Assembly (NCBI RefSeq): GCF_026151205.1
Contig: NC_087073.1
Coordinates: 19,228,658 to 19,292,657 of the forward strand
Length of the DNA stretch: 64,000 bases
Direction: 5' to 3'
Origin: Bolinopsis microptera
Taxonomy: Eukaryota
Shown here: piece after piece, positions 32,976-43,004 of the stretch
How positions within the stretch are numbered: position 1 is the first letter of the stretch
Layout: the number at the start of each line of letters is the position of its first letter
Made by a program: the position numbers and the translations under genes
Notes under the pieces: model-generated
The model's input: the letters and a program-made list of their open reading frames with translations, nothing else
Told to the model about the DNA's origin: nothing
Database searches by the model: none

Positions 32976-33086
32976 CTTGCCCCGCTGAGTTGGCACTGCG
33001 CGCTGATCCTCTAGATCACTCTTGTTGGCCACGATAATAATCTGCGCGTTCCCAAAACTGTGTTGCTGTACCTTGTGGTAGGTTAT
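32976..33086 (-). CDS. Rab3-like exon 4 (NKxD)
   Basis: ITYHKVQQHSFGNAQIIIVANKSDLEDQRAVPTQRGK versus Rab3A [32 protein letters not shown]. Donor AAG|GTATGT. Confidence 0.8.
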
Positions 33087-33797
33087 CTGTGTTTAACATT
33101 AGCAGTACAGCTCTTCAGAAGTTTGTGCTTCTCTCAGACTACGTAGTGTGTTGCTGCTGACCGGCAGGGAGGCAGTGCTCATGCTCGTGACGTGGTGTTT
33201 AATAGAGGTTTAGTTTGTGGAGTTCAGAGATCGGAGCTGTTAACGTCTGTCACGTGCACTGCCTCCCTGCATATTGTACACACTACCCATTGTACTTCTC
33301 ACTTCATCTATTGGATATGGCCTGACATGTTGCTTTGTTTGGATACATAATGCTCATAAAGACAGGGAATTGTTTGTAAACTCTCAAAATACATTCTTTC
33401 AAGAATATTTCTGATTTTTTCTGATTAGACTCAGTGATGACAACGTTCGGATGACTCACACATTACTTACAAATTACAAACAATTATACAATTCCTCTTC
33501 GTTATCATTGAGATTGAAATAACAAGGGATATGAACACAAAACATTCAGCTTACCACAGACACTAAGAACAATATCATGCCAATTGTTATACTAGTAGTT
33601 TGGCTGGATTTAAAGGGAGTTAATCCAAGAAAAAGTACAATGCAGCAATGAGAAGTAGAGTAGAGAAATCGAAATTCAAAGAAAAAGATGCAATAAAACG
33701 GAAAAGTCTGATTCGCTTCCAAGGGTTAGGCTACAATTTGAGATTTAAAAGTTTGAGCATTTTCTGATGACTAAAACTGCAACAATTGATATTTTAC

Positions 33798-33911
33798 CTG
33801 ACTGAGCCAGTTTCTGATGTCGAGAAAAGACGTTTCATTGGTTATATCGTACATGACTAAGAATCCCATAGCATGCCGATAGTATTGAGTCGTTATTATC
33901 TTATACCTCTC
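33798..33911 (-). CDS. Rab3-like exon 3
   Basis: [38 protein letters not shown] versus Rab3A [38 protein letters not shown]. Confidence 0.9.
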
Positions 33912-34041
33912 CTGAAAATTAACGTGTTAAGAGTAAATCATAAATCGTGATATAATTAACTTTGAAAGAATTGCAATTTATTCAATGATCGATAAAATTA
34001 CTACCATCAAAGAGATGGTACTTGTGCCTCAAAAGACTTAC

Positions 34042-34161
34042 CTGACCAGCAGTGTCCCAAACTTGAAGCTTTATCCTTTTATCCTTCACAATAACAGTTT
34101 TTACTTTAAAATCTATTCCAACAGTGCTCACAAAGGCAGGATTAAATTTTCCCTCGCAATA
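34042..34161 (-). CDS. Rab3-like exon 2 (switch I/II, DTAGQ)
   Basis: [40 protein letters not shown] versus Rab3[41 protein letters not shown]. Acceptor ttttcag, donor CAG|GTAAGT. Confidence 0.9.
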
Positions 34162-34309
34162 CTGAAAATAAATTCGATGGACTATTAAGAAGAACTGTAT
34201 AAGAGAAATATTATTTCTTTAAGGATCTTCAAAAGTGATATAGGAAAATTTCAATTCAAGGAACCAATAGAATGCATTCAGCTACTTTTAAGAATCTTAA
34301 TTTACAAAC

Positions 34310-34447
34310 CTGCAACAAAAAGGAAGTTTTGCCTACTCCAGAATTTCCAATCAGCAATATCTTGAACATGCAATCAAAATTCATGTCACTGTACTCTGCC
34401 CCAGGGTTGCTCTCCGCAACGGGTGTTTCAGAAGCAGTGGGAGCCAT
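34310..34447 (-). CDS. Rab3-like small GTPase, exon 1 (start codon, P-loop)
   Basis: MAPTASETPVAESNPGAEYSDMNFDCMFKILLIGNSGVGKTSFLLQ versus Rab3A [24 protein letters not shown]. Donor CAG|GTTTGT. Confidence 0.85.
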
Positions 34448-34959
34448 TGTGCATTGACCTGACCAGCCAGCCTTCACATTACTCCTTCAATATAATGCGT
34501 GTACAGATTAGTATTGTTGCTTTGTTGGAAAATAACAATATTACATAATTACAGAAACATAATTTTTTTCACCTCAGATAGAATACAATACACATTAATT
34601 TTGTAAAGACAAACAGCGATTTTGCAAAAATAACTCATAAAATTAATGCACACTGAATTTAAAATTGGGATGATTGTTTGATGGTCAATCTTTGAGTGAC
34701 GACGCCTAACTCTGCCCCTTCCCTCCTACGGTCCCCCTTACAAGCAAGATGTGTATTACTAAAACAAAATCATTAAGACATATATGAATAAATCTAAATA
34801 ACTTAAGTTCTTGATCATTTGTTGCTACATTCCACCACAATAGGAAGAAAATGATTTATATTCGAATGAATAGGTTTCCAATAGCAAAACGGTTTCATTT
34901 ACAAACGTGTTTCTTCAATTAATATAATTTAACAAGTCATTATGCTATAACATCCTATT

Positions 34960-35307
34960 TCACTTAAAACTCCCAGTGGATAGGGTTATAGTATCAAGGT
35001 ACTCGATAGGCTGAGGAGAAGCAGTTTCTTCTTCAATGATTTCTGCTGAAACAAATGCTCTTAACTTAAAGTTTTTAAGGTTTGGCACAACAAGTTGAGG
35101 GGTCATTAATGGATCTTCTATAAAGCTACTGGAATCCTCTGATAAGTAACCATATGCTGAAGCAGTTCTTTTGTTATATCTCCAATAAGATCCAGCCCTA
35201 TCATCTTTTCCAGTTTTTGGTCCCCTATGTTTGAATGGTTTGACGAATCTTTCTCTACGAATGCATGCATTTGCAACACGTCCAATGACACCACTAGACA
35301 TGATCAC
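34960..35307 (-). CDS. MRPL41: Mitochondrial ribosomal protein L41 (mL41 / MRPL41)-like, intronless
   Basis: HRGPKTGKDDRAG...LMTPQLVVPNLKNFKLRAFVS versus human MRPL41 KRGPRTFRGRKGRGAKG...[20 protein letters not shown]. Confidence 0.7.
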   Translation of the reverse strand: MIMSSGVIGRVANACIRRERFVKPFKHRGPKTGKDDRAGSYWRYNKRTASAYGYLSEDSSSFIEDPLMTPQLVVPNLKNFKLRAFVSAEIIEEETASPQPIEYLDTITLSTGSFK

Positions 35308-35660
35308 TGTAGAAATAAGTAATGGTTAAGAAAATGTAGCAGTGAATTATTTCACCATAAAATATTACAAAATTAAAAGCGAATCAAGAGATCCCAGATC
35401 TTTTTTCTTGTGGTTGTATCTACAAACAAAATCAGTCAAAGCATAGATCAATATCAGAATCAAAGGTAATGATGAGTTATGCAAAATTTTAAAAACAAAA
35501 AAAAACAAATGAGTAAGCATAAAAAGCAAATGGTATAGATTAGGTGAAATACAAATTTATAACATGTAAATTAAATTTTGTAATTGAGGGATAATTGAGG
35601 AGCTTGGTCAGCCATCAGATCCAGTGGCTTAACAAAGTGCCCCATTTACCCCGCTGTGCG

Positions 35661-35705
35661 GCAGTGCCCAGTGGCGTAACGTTGCCTGTTGCGGGCCCTT
35701 CGTTA
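35661..35705. repeat. Hairpin motif H: 13-bp perfect stem (CAGTGGCGTAACG / CGTTACGCCACTG) with a 19-nt loop. Half-copies occur at 47021-47050 and 55448-55478.
   Basis: Direct reading. Lies about 120 bp upstream of the GIY-YIG ORF. Confidence 0.6.
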
Positions 35706-35822
35706 CGCCACTGCTGTGTGGGGGTGCCAAGTCGTTGTTTGAATGTGGGACAATTTAAAAAAACTTAACTTCAGTACTAGCAAAACTGTGCGTTTTGCTC
35801 TAGATACCTGAGATACCTCTAG

Positions 35823-36452
35823 ATTACCTCTAGTAACCTGAGTGACTCAAAACAACAGAGTAGCACCCTTGAAGAAAAGAAGAATGGCAAAAAGTTCTTC
35901 CAATTTGTCAAGAAAACAGGAAGCAACCTCAAAAGCCGGTTGGTTAAGGTGAAAGAAATAGCTCTGGGGAAAAAGCATGGTCAAACAAGGCCGTGTAGAA
36001 AGAAGAACTGTGCAACGTGTGAGTCTATTGATAGTGCTACACAAATCAGCATCAATGGGAAACGGGTAAAACCAGCACCAGGTACATGCATCACTTACAA
36101 CATCATATATTTGATCAGATGTAAACTGTGTGAGAAACCATACGTAGGCAAATCCACCAGAATGCTACGGGTAAGGTTTGGCGAACACAGAAGAGCATTC
36201 TACAAGATCATCAGTGGGCAAAAGGTTGACACGGATGATGACTCAAACTGCGTAGGACTCCACCTCCATATAGAGCATGGACTGACTCAGAAGGAAAATT
36301 TTAACAATAGTGTTTCAGTGTGTATCCTAGAAAATTCAAGTCCTAGTAGTTTAGATGTTAAGGAGCACCGATATATACATGCCTTAAATTCCCTCCGCCC
36401 CTCAGGAATGAATAGTACAAACCCTTTTAAGATTCCTTTATTGCATAATTGA
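35823..36452 (+). CDS. Second free-standing PLE-type zinc-motif + GIY-YIG nuclease ORF. There is no in-frame ATG near its start, so it is probably a 5'-truncated element.
   Basis: CRKKNCATC (CX4CX2C), then IIYLIRCKLCEKPYVGKST..R..FGEHRR (GIY..YVG..R..H), then LENSS...EHRYIHALNSLRPSGMN (Glu/Asn). Same architecture as 17892-18731. Confidence 0.6.
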   Translation: MTSSNLSDSKQQSSTLEEKKNGKKFFQFVKKTGSNLKSRLVKVKEIALGKKHGQTRPCRKKNCATCESIDSATQISINGKRVKPAPGTCITYNIIYLIRCKLCEKPYVGKSTRMLRVRFGEHRRAFYKIISGQKVDTDDDSNCVGLHLHIEHGLTQKENFNNSVSVCILENSSPSSLDVKEHRYIHALNSLRPSGMNSTNPFKIPLLHN

Positions 36453-36708
36453 TTTTTATTTTGCCTGAGGGGCTTTCCATAAATTATTTTTTTAAATAAT
36501 TGGTCCTTTTATTGATGTTTCATATTTCACGGCAGTTTCCTTTTCAGAGTTTGAGTTTATATTTAGAAACTAACCATACTATCTTTTAGATTTATGTCAC
36601 TTATGATGGCTCCGGCTGAAAGTACTATGACTCATTTTATCTAGAAGATTGTAGTTTCATTGCTTCTGAAGTAGCTATCAGTTCGCCGGTCAATGTTGGG
36701 TATAATAC

Positions 36709-38825
36709 TCTTGTTGCTCTAGATACATACTTTTTAAAGGATTTTACCCACGTATCCTCTAATATCACCTAATTTGTCCAATTTTACGTTTCTACTTTAA
36801 GAGGGGGAGGGGCACCAACTGGTGGCGCTTTTGCAGCGGGGGTGCCAACATGCAACATTATGCTACTGAATAGATCTAGAATCTTCTAAGAGTACCATAG
36901 TACTACAATTTAGATGTATATAATGCCTTTTGTTTAATAGAACCAGGATAAAGGTGCAATTGTGGAATGTAAAGATACTTGGACTCCAAACAAATTTAAA
37001 TTGCAGTACGTAATCTAATCTAATTGCAGCGGCACACACTTAAAAGCTTTAGTGATTCGTATAAGAAACAGCTACTCTCATCTATAACAACAGACCCTAA
37101 TTATACCGTCGACAATTCATATGACAAATTTTACACTGCAATCATAGTCAACGATAACTAAGTATCTTCTAATTCTTTTAAATCTGAGGCATATATAATT
37201 GATGTATCGAAAGGATATTCCCTTTTTTACCACCTTACCATTCTGATTGATTTTGCACATGACTGACATGTTTTAACTGGAGAAGGGGTTCGCACAGTGG
37301 TAGTTTTATAAACCACTTTTAATTTATTGACCTATTATACCTAGTGGTAGTTTTATAGACCACATTTAATTTATTAACTTATTATACTTAGTATTTATTT
37401 TTGGTGACTGTATCACCCAGTTTTAACATTTGATAATTGTACAGTTTATTGACGACACATTGACTGAATGTTATTTTATATTCTAATTTATATTCTAGAT
37501 ATTTTATTTATTTTTCAACAGACGACAACTTCCTGTTTTTTCTTCTATATTAGTTACTCATATCTCTTGTACAGACTGTTTTACAAGGACATTGACAGAT
37601 GATACTCACATTAGGCATTCATTATTGCATCTAAATTATTTCACTTGCATTAGGTTTAGAAATTTATTCTCTGGTTAACAGACTCAAATGTTTAATTAAT
37701 TTGTAGTATGACAGTAAGGTATCGTATATAAGAAGTTATTTAATTTTGCTTGGGCTATTATATTGACTATTGAGGTTTAATGATGATATGGAATTTGAAT
37801 ATTATATAAATTTACACTATGTGGTTGGGGCATTTTGCATAGTAAATATGGTTACTACTCCTATATATCATATTATTTGATTGGCATTCGATTTCTGGTT
37901 ATTTTCCTAGGAATATGATTATTATATCTCAATTTGGCTTTAGGTAGGGTGCCCCGCTAATAGAACTGGATTCTTCCAGGAAGCATCCCGTGCACAGAGC
38001 TTGGTCTACATATATATTAAATTATTAACCATTCATTCTGTATGTGCACGAAAATTTATTTCAATCAAAAACTTACTATTACTATCATGATTGTACTATA
38101 GACAGAAAATCTCTCAAATCGATTTTGGGCGCTTTTAACCATTTGTTGTAATGTTTTTAAATACTAAATATCTAAATTTATATTTACGAATTAATTAATA
38201 TTTAACAATTTATTCGGTAGTTCTATCTGATATTGATATTGATATTGATTATATTGATATTGTTGTTATTGAACGAAGCTAACTCTAGACATACCTTACT
38301 CGGGAATATTATGACTGGGATAAAGTGGTGGGTTTTGGAAAATTCCGCCATATTTTTCCCGGTCAAAAATTTTACCAGTCATAATAAAACCCGCCGAGTC
38401 AGATTATGGGGTTCCAAGGGGGTGGTGATCATCATATTTTACCTGAAGTCTCATATGTGCTAGAGAAGACGTTTGAAGCAGTGGATGGAGGGCTGTAACT
38501 TTATTGGCTGTTGCTACCATAATTTCGTTATAAAAATCACAATTTGGTTGTAGAAATCAGATTTCAGGATAGACCGTGATTCTCATTTCTCTTGGCCTTG
38601 CCCATGAATCAGTGAATCGTAGAGAAGAAAACAATTTATATGTTATAGAAGAAATCAGTGGAACGAGAGACATCAGCTGAGTCGCTCAAGATTGATCGCT
38701 TCTCGTGTGCAGTGTGTAGACTAAAAAAGAGGGAGTTTTTCCCGTTAAGGGGGGGGGCCAATGGATATTTTTTTGTGAAACTTGATTTCGAGATAGTAGT
38801 TGACCAACAAACTAAGACCAGTGAC
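36709..38825 (+). repeat. Copy 1 of a 2128-bp direct tandem duplication
   Basis: Near-identical to 38837-40953 (identical ORFs in the ORF track with a period of 2128). The junction carries an 11-bp TCTAGAGCAAC, the inverse complement of the unit start TCTTGTTGCTCTAGA. Confidence 0.85.
38301..38400. repeat. Roughly 100-bp hairpin-forming MITE-like module (inverted ends CTCGGGAATATTATGACTGGGATAA ... TTACCAGTCATAAT). Also at 40429-40528 (duplicate) and, diverged, at 45608-45716.
   Basis: Direct reading. The 45.6-kb copy ends with ATAATATTCCCGAG, the reverse complement of the 38.3-kb copy start. Confidence 0.55.
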
Positions 38826-38836
38826 TCTAGAGCAAC

Positions 38837-40953
38837 TCTTGTTGCTCTAGATACATACTTTTTAAAGGATTTTACCCACGTATCCTCTAATATCACCTAA
38901 TTTGTCCAATTTTACGTTTCTACTTTAAGAGGGGGAGGGGCACCAACTGGTGGCGCTTTTGCAGCGGGGGTGCCAACATGCAACATTATGCTACTGAATA
39001 GATCTAGAATCTTCTAAGAGTACCATAGTACTACAATTTAGATGTATATAATGCCTTTTGTTTAATAGAACCAGGATAAAGGTGCAATTGTGGAATGTAA
39101 AGATACTTGGACTCCAAACAAATTTAAATTGCAGTACGTAATCTAATCTAATTGCAGCGGCACACACTTAAAAGCTTTAGTGATTCGTATAAGAAACAGC
39201 TACTCTCATCTATAACAACAGACCCTAATTATACCGTCGACAATTCATATGACAAATTTTACACTGCAATCATAGTCAACGATAACTAAGTATCTTCTAA
39301 TTCTTTTAAATCTGAGGCATATATAATTGATGTATCGAAAGGATATTCCCTTTTTTACCACCTTACCATTCTGATTGATTTTGCACATGACTGACATGTT
39401 TTAACTGGAGAAGGGGTTCGCACAGTGGTAGTTTTATAAACCACTTTTAATTTATTGACCTATTATACCTAGTGGTAGTTTTATAGACCACATTTAATTT
39501 ATTAACTTATTATACTTAGTATTTATTTTTGGTGACTGTATCACCCAGTTTTAACATTTGATAATTGTACAGTTTATTGACGACACATTGACTGAATGTT
39601 ATTTTATATTCTAATTTATATTCTAGATATTTTATTTATTTTTCAACAGACGACAACTTCCTGTTTTTTCTTCTATATTAGTTACTCATATCTCTTGTAC
39701 AGACTGTTTTACAAGGACATTGACAGATGATACTCACATTAGGCATTCATTATTGCATCTAAATTATTTCACTTGCATTAGGTTTAGAAATTTATTCTCT
39801 GGTTAACAGACTCAAATGTTTAATTAATTTGTAGTATGACAGTAAGGTATCGTATATAAGAAGTTATTTAATTTTGCTTGGGCTATTATATTGACTATTG
39901 AGGTTTAATGATGATATGGAATTTGAATATTATATAAATTTACACTATGTGGTTGGGGCATTTTGCATAGTAAATATGGTTACTACTCCTATATATCATA
40001 TTATTTGATTGGCATTCGATTTCTGGTTATTTTCCTAGGAATATGATTATTATATCTCAATTTGGCTTTAGGTAGGGTGCCCCGCTAATAGAACTGGATT
40101 CTTCCAGGAAGCATCCCGTGCACAGAGCTTGGTCTACATATATATTAAATTATTAACCATTCATTCTGTATGTGCACGAAAATTTATTTCAATCAAAAAC
40201 TTACTATTACTATCATGATTGTACTATAGACAGAAAATCTCTCAAATCGATTTTGGGCGCTTTTAACCATTTGTTGTAATGTTTTTAAATACTAAATATC
40301 TAAATTTATATTTACGAATTAATTAATATTTAACAATTTATTCGGTAGTTCTATCTGATATTGATATTGATATTGATTATATTGATATTGTTGTTATTGA
40401 ACGAAGCTAACTCTAGACATACCTTACTCGGGAATATTATGACTGGGATAAAGTGGTGGGTTTTGGAAAATTCCGCCATATTTTTCCCGGTCAAAAATTT
40501 TACCAGTCATAATAAAACCCGCCGAGTCAGATTATGGGGTTCCAAGGGGGTGGTGATCATCATATTTTACCTGAAGTCTCATATGTGCTAGAGAAGACGT
40601 TTGAAGCAGTGGATGGAGGGCTGTAACTTTATTGGCTGTTGCTACCATAATTTCGTTATAAAAATCACAATTTGGTTGTAGAAATCAGATTTCAGGATAG
40701 ACCGTGATTCTCATTTCTCTTGGCCTTGCCCATGAATCAGTGAATCGTAGAGAAGAAAACAATTTATATGTTATAGAAGAAATCAGTGGAACGAGAGACA
40801 TCAGCTGAGTCGCTCAAGATTGATCGCTTCTCGTGTGCAGTGTGTAGACTAAAAAAGAGGGAGTTTTTCCCGTTAAGGGGGGGGGCCAATGGATATTTTT
40901 TTGTGAAACTTGATTTCGAGATAGTAGTTGACCAACAAACTAAGACCAGTGAC
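38837..40953 (+). repeat. Copy 2 of the 2128-bp tandem duplication. Its last 81 bp (40873-40953) form the outer part of the left arm of the following palindrome.
   Basis: Direct comparison with copy 1. Confidence 0.85.
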
Positions 40954-42301
40954 CGAACTTTTGAGGGGGTCCCGGACCCCAACCGCCAAACGGTGCGCGC
41001 AGGGCAGCCACGCCCATATTTGGTCCAAATTAGGCCCAATTTAGCCAAATACCCTGAACATGCCCAAAACCAAGGTTTATGGTGCTCTACTTGTAGCTAG
41101 TGGTCTCCTGAACTCGTATATGAAATTTCATCAAGATTGGACGAAAAATGACTGAGTTATGAGCCAAAAACCATATGCCCATATTTGGACATACGCACCA
41201 AATTTGGTAGATTTCGTCCCATAAATTGGTTAAATATCAATATTTTTGAATGAAACTTACTTTATATGAAAGGTAAGCCTAAACTACATATTATCTGTAA
41301 GTTATAGCTTTAAAAATCAAGAGGCTTGCATATAATGAACATATTGACACGGGTGCAGAGTTGAGTCTGTGTGTTTAAATGTGGATACTAAGGCGAAAAA
41401 ACCACAAAAAATTAACTAAATTGCCCATATCTCGGTTCGCGATATTCGCGGAATTGATCTCATTAAAATTGTAACAACTCAATCAGTTTTCAAAATTTTT
41501 GCATGAAATTTTCGGAATCGACTCGAAATTGCATTTCCACCTTATTTTAAATACGGATTTTTGATTTAGGCCTCCAAAAAAATTTGGCGGCCAAATTCCA
41601 AAATTATCTCACAAAAATTCAGAATTTGGCCGCCAAATTTTTTTGGAGGCCTAAATCAAAAATCTGTATTTAAAATAAGGTGGAAATGCGATTTCGAGTC
41701 GATTCCGAAAATTTCATGCAAAAATTTTGAAAACTGATTGAGTTGTTACAATTTTAATGAGATCAATTCCGCAAATATCGCGAACCGAGATATGGGCAAT
41801 TTAGTTCATTTTTGTGGTTTTTTCGCCTAAGTATCCACATTTAAACAGATATAAAGCTATAACTTACAGATAATATGTAGTTTAGGCTTACCTTTCATAT
41901 AAAGTAAGTTTCATTCAAAAATATTGATATTTGACCAATTTATGGGACGAAATCTACCAAATTTGGTGCATATGCCCAAATATGGGCATATGGTTTTTGG
42001 CTCATAACTCAGTCATTTTTTGTCCAATCTTGATGAAATTTCATATACGAGTTCAGGAGACCACTAGCTAGAAGTAGAGCACCATAAACCTTGGTTTTGG
42101 GCATGTTCAGGGTATTTGGCTAAATTGGGCCTAATTTGGACCAAATATGGGCGTGGCTGCCATGCGCGCACCGTTTGGCGGTTGGGGTCCGGGACCCCCT
42201 CAAAAGTTCGGTCACTGGTCTTAGTTTGTTGGTCAATTGCTATCTCGAAATCAAGTTTCACAAAAAATACCCATTGCCCCCCCCCCCCCCCCCCCCCTTA
42301 A
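40873..42301. repeat. 1.43-kb imperfect palindrome (arms 40877-41598 and 41622-42297, about 97% identical, 23-nt central spacer) bounded by TTAA on both sides
   Basis: The right arm is the reverse complement of the left. It has one roughly 60-bp indel, a few substitutions and unequal terminal homopolymers (G9 versus C20). TTAA at 40873-40876 and 42298-42301. Homology to the external sequence ends exactly at the TTAA. Confidence 0.85.
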
Positions 42302-43004
42302 AGTAACTTGTGGCCACATCCCGCTAGAAGTGAGTAAACTGTGCCACTAATTCATGGTCCACGGTGGATTGATTACTGGAGCAGTTGAAGATGCAAAGCC
42401 AAGACGTTCCCAAATACCAAGCGGTGGGCAGGAAATCAAGCTCCGGCTGACCTTCAGAGCAGTAGCCCCACTAGCGGACAAAATGAAAGTCTTGTTTATT
42501 ATTATTATTAAATCTAAAATAGCTAATAATTTAATAAATTATTAACAGGCCCCGGCCCCTTAACGTGGGCAATAATATACGCTTTATAAATTATATAAAC
42601 AAATTGCAGTCTATTTTTCCAATGTTGTTAAGTGTCTCTTTAGATCTGTTTTGGTGTTTTGTGGGAGTTCCCACATTTGTTGGTTGAGAATGCTCAACAT
42701 AACATACATGATGCTTGACTGCTTTATTGACCCGGACAGGCACCGGGGGCAGACATCCCAACACCAGTGCGTTGGGACATAGTGTTGGTCTGCTTCAGGA
42801 CGTGTTAGATCCTAGAGAAGCCGCCATCCCCTCTACTGCTTTAGCTCAGCGGCAGCATGAGCCCTGGTTTCCTGCCACATTGGTACCTCTGAAAGTACAG
42901 AAAAGTGGTGGATTTCGGGGTCCAGGATCCTCCCTCTTTAATCTTTACGGTGGTGTTATTTCTCTGAGATGTTTGCAGAGTCTTTATTTTATGATCTTTC
43001 TAGT

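Noticed and set aside
36560-36640. Hammerhead-ribozyme-like motif (TGATGG...CTGAAAG) downstream of the GIY-YIG ORF
   Set aside because: Lacks the canonical CUGAUGA core (A9 replaced by G) and a convincing helix II. Not called.
38233-38463. 76-aa ORF duplicated at 40361-40591
   Set aside because: Spans the hairpin MITE-like module inside the 2.1-kb tandem units. Identical duplication explains the twin ORFs. Low-complexity translation.
40873-42301. Palindrome as an assembly or chimeric-read artefact
   Set aside because: Arms differ by an indel, substitutions and homopolymer length, which argues for a real diverged inverted repeat. Read-level confirmation is still advisable.
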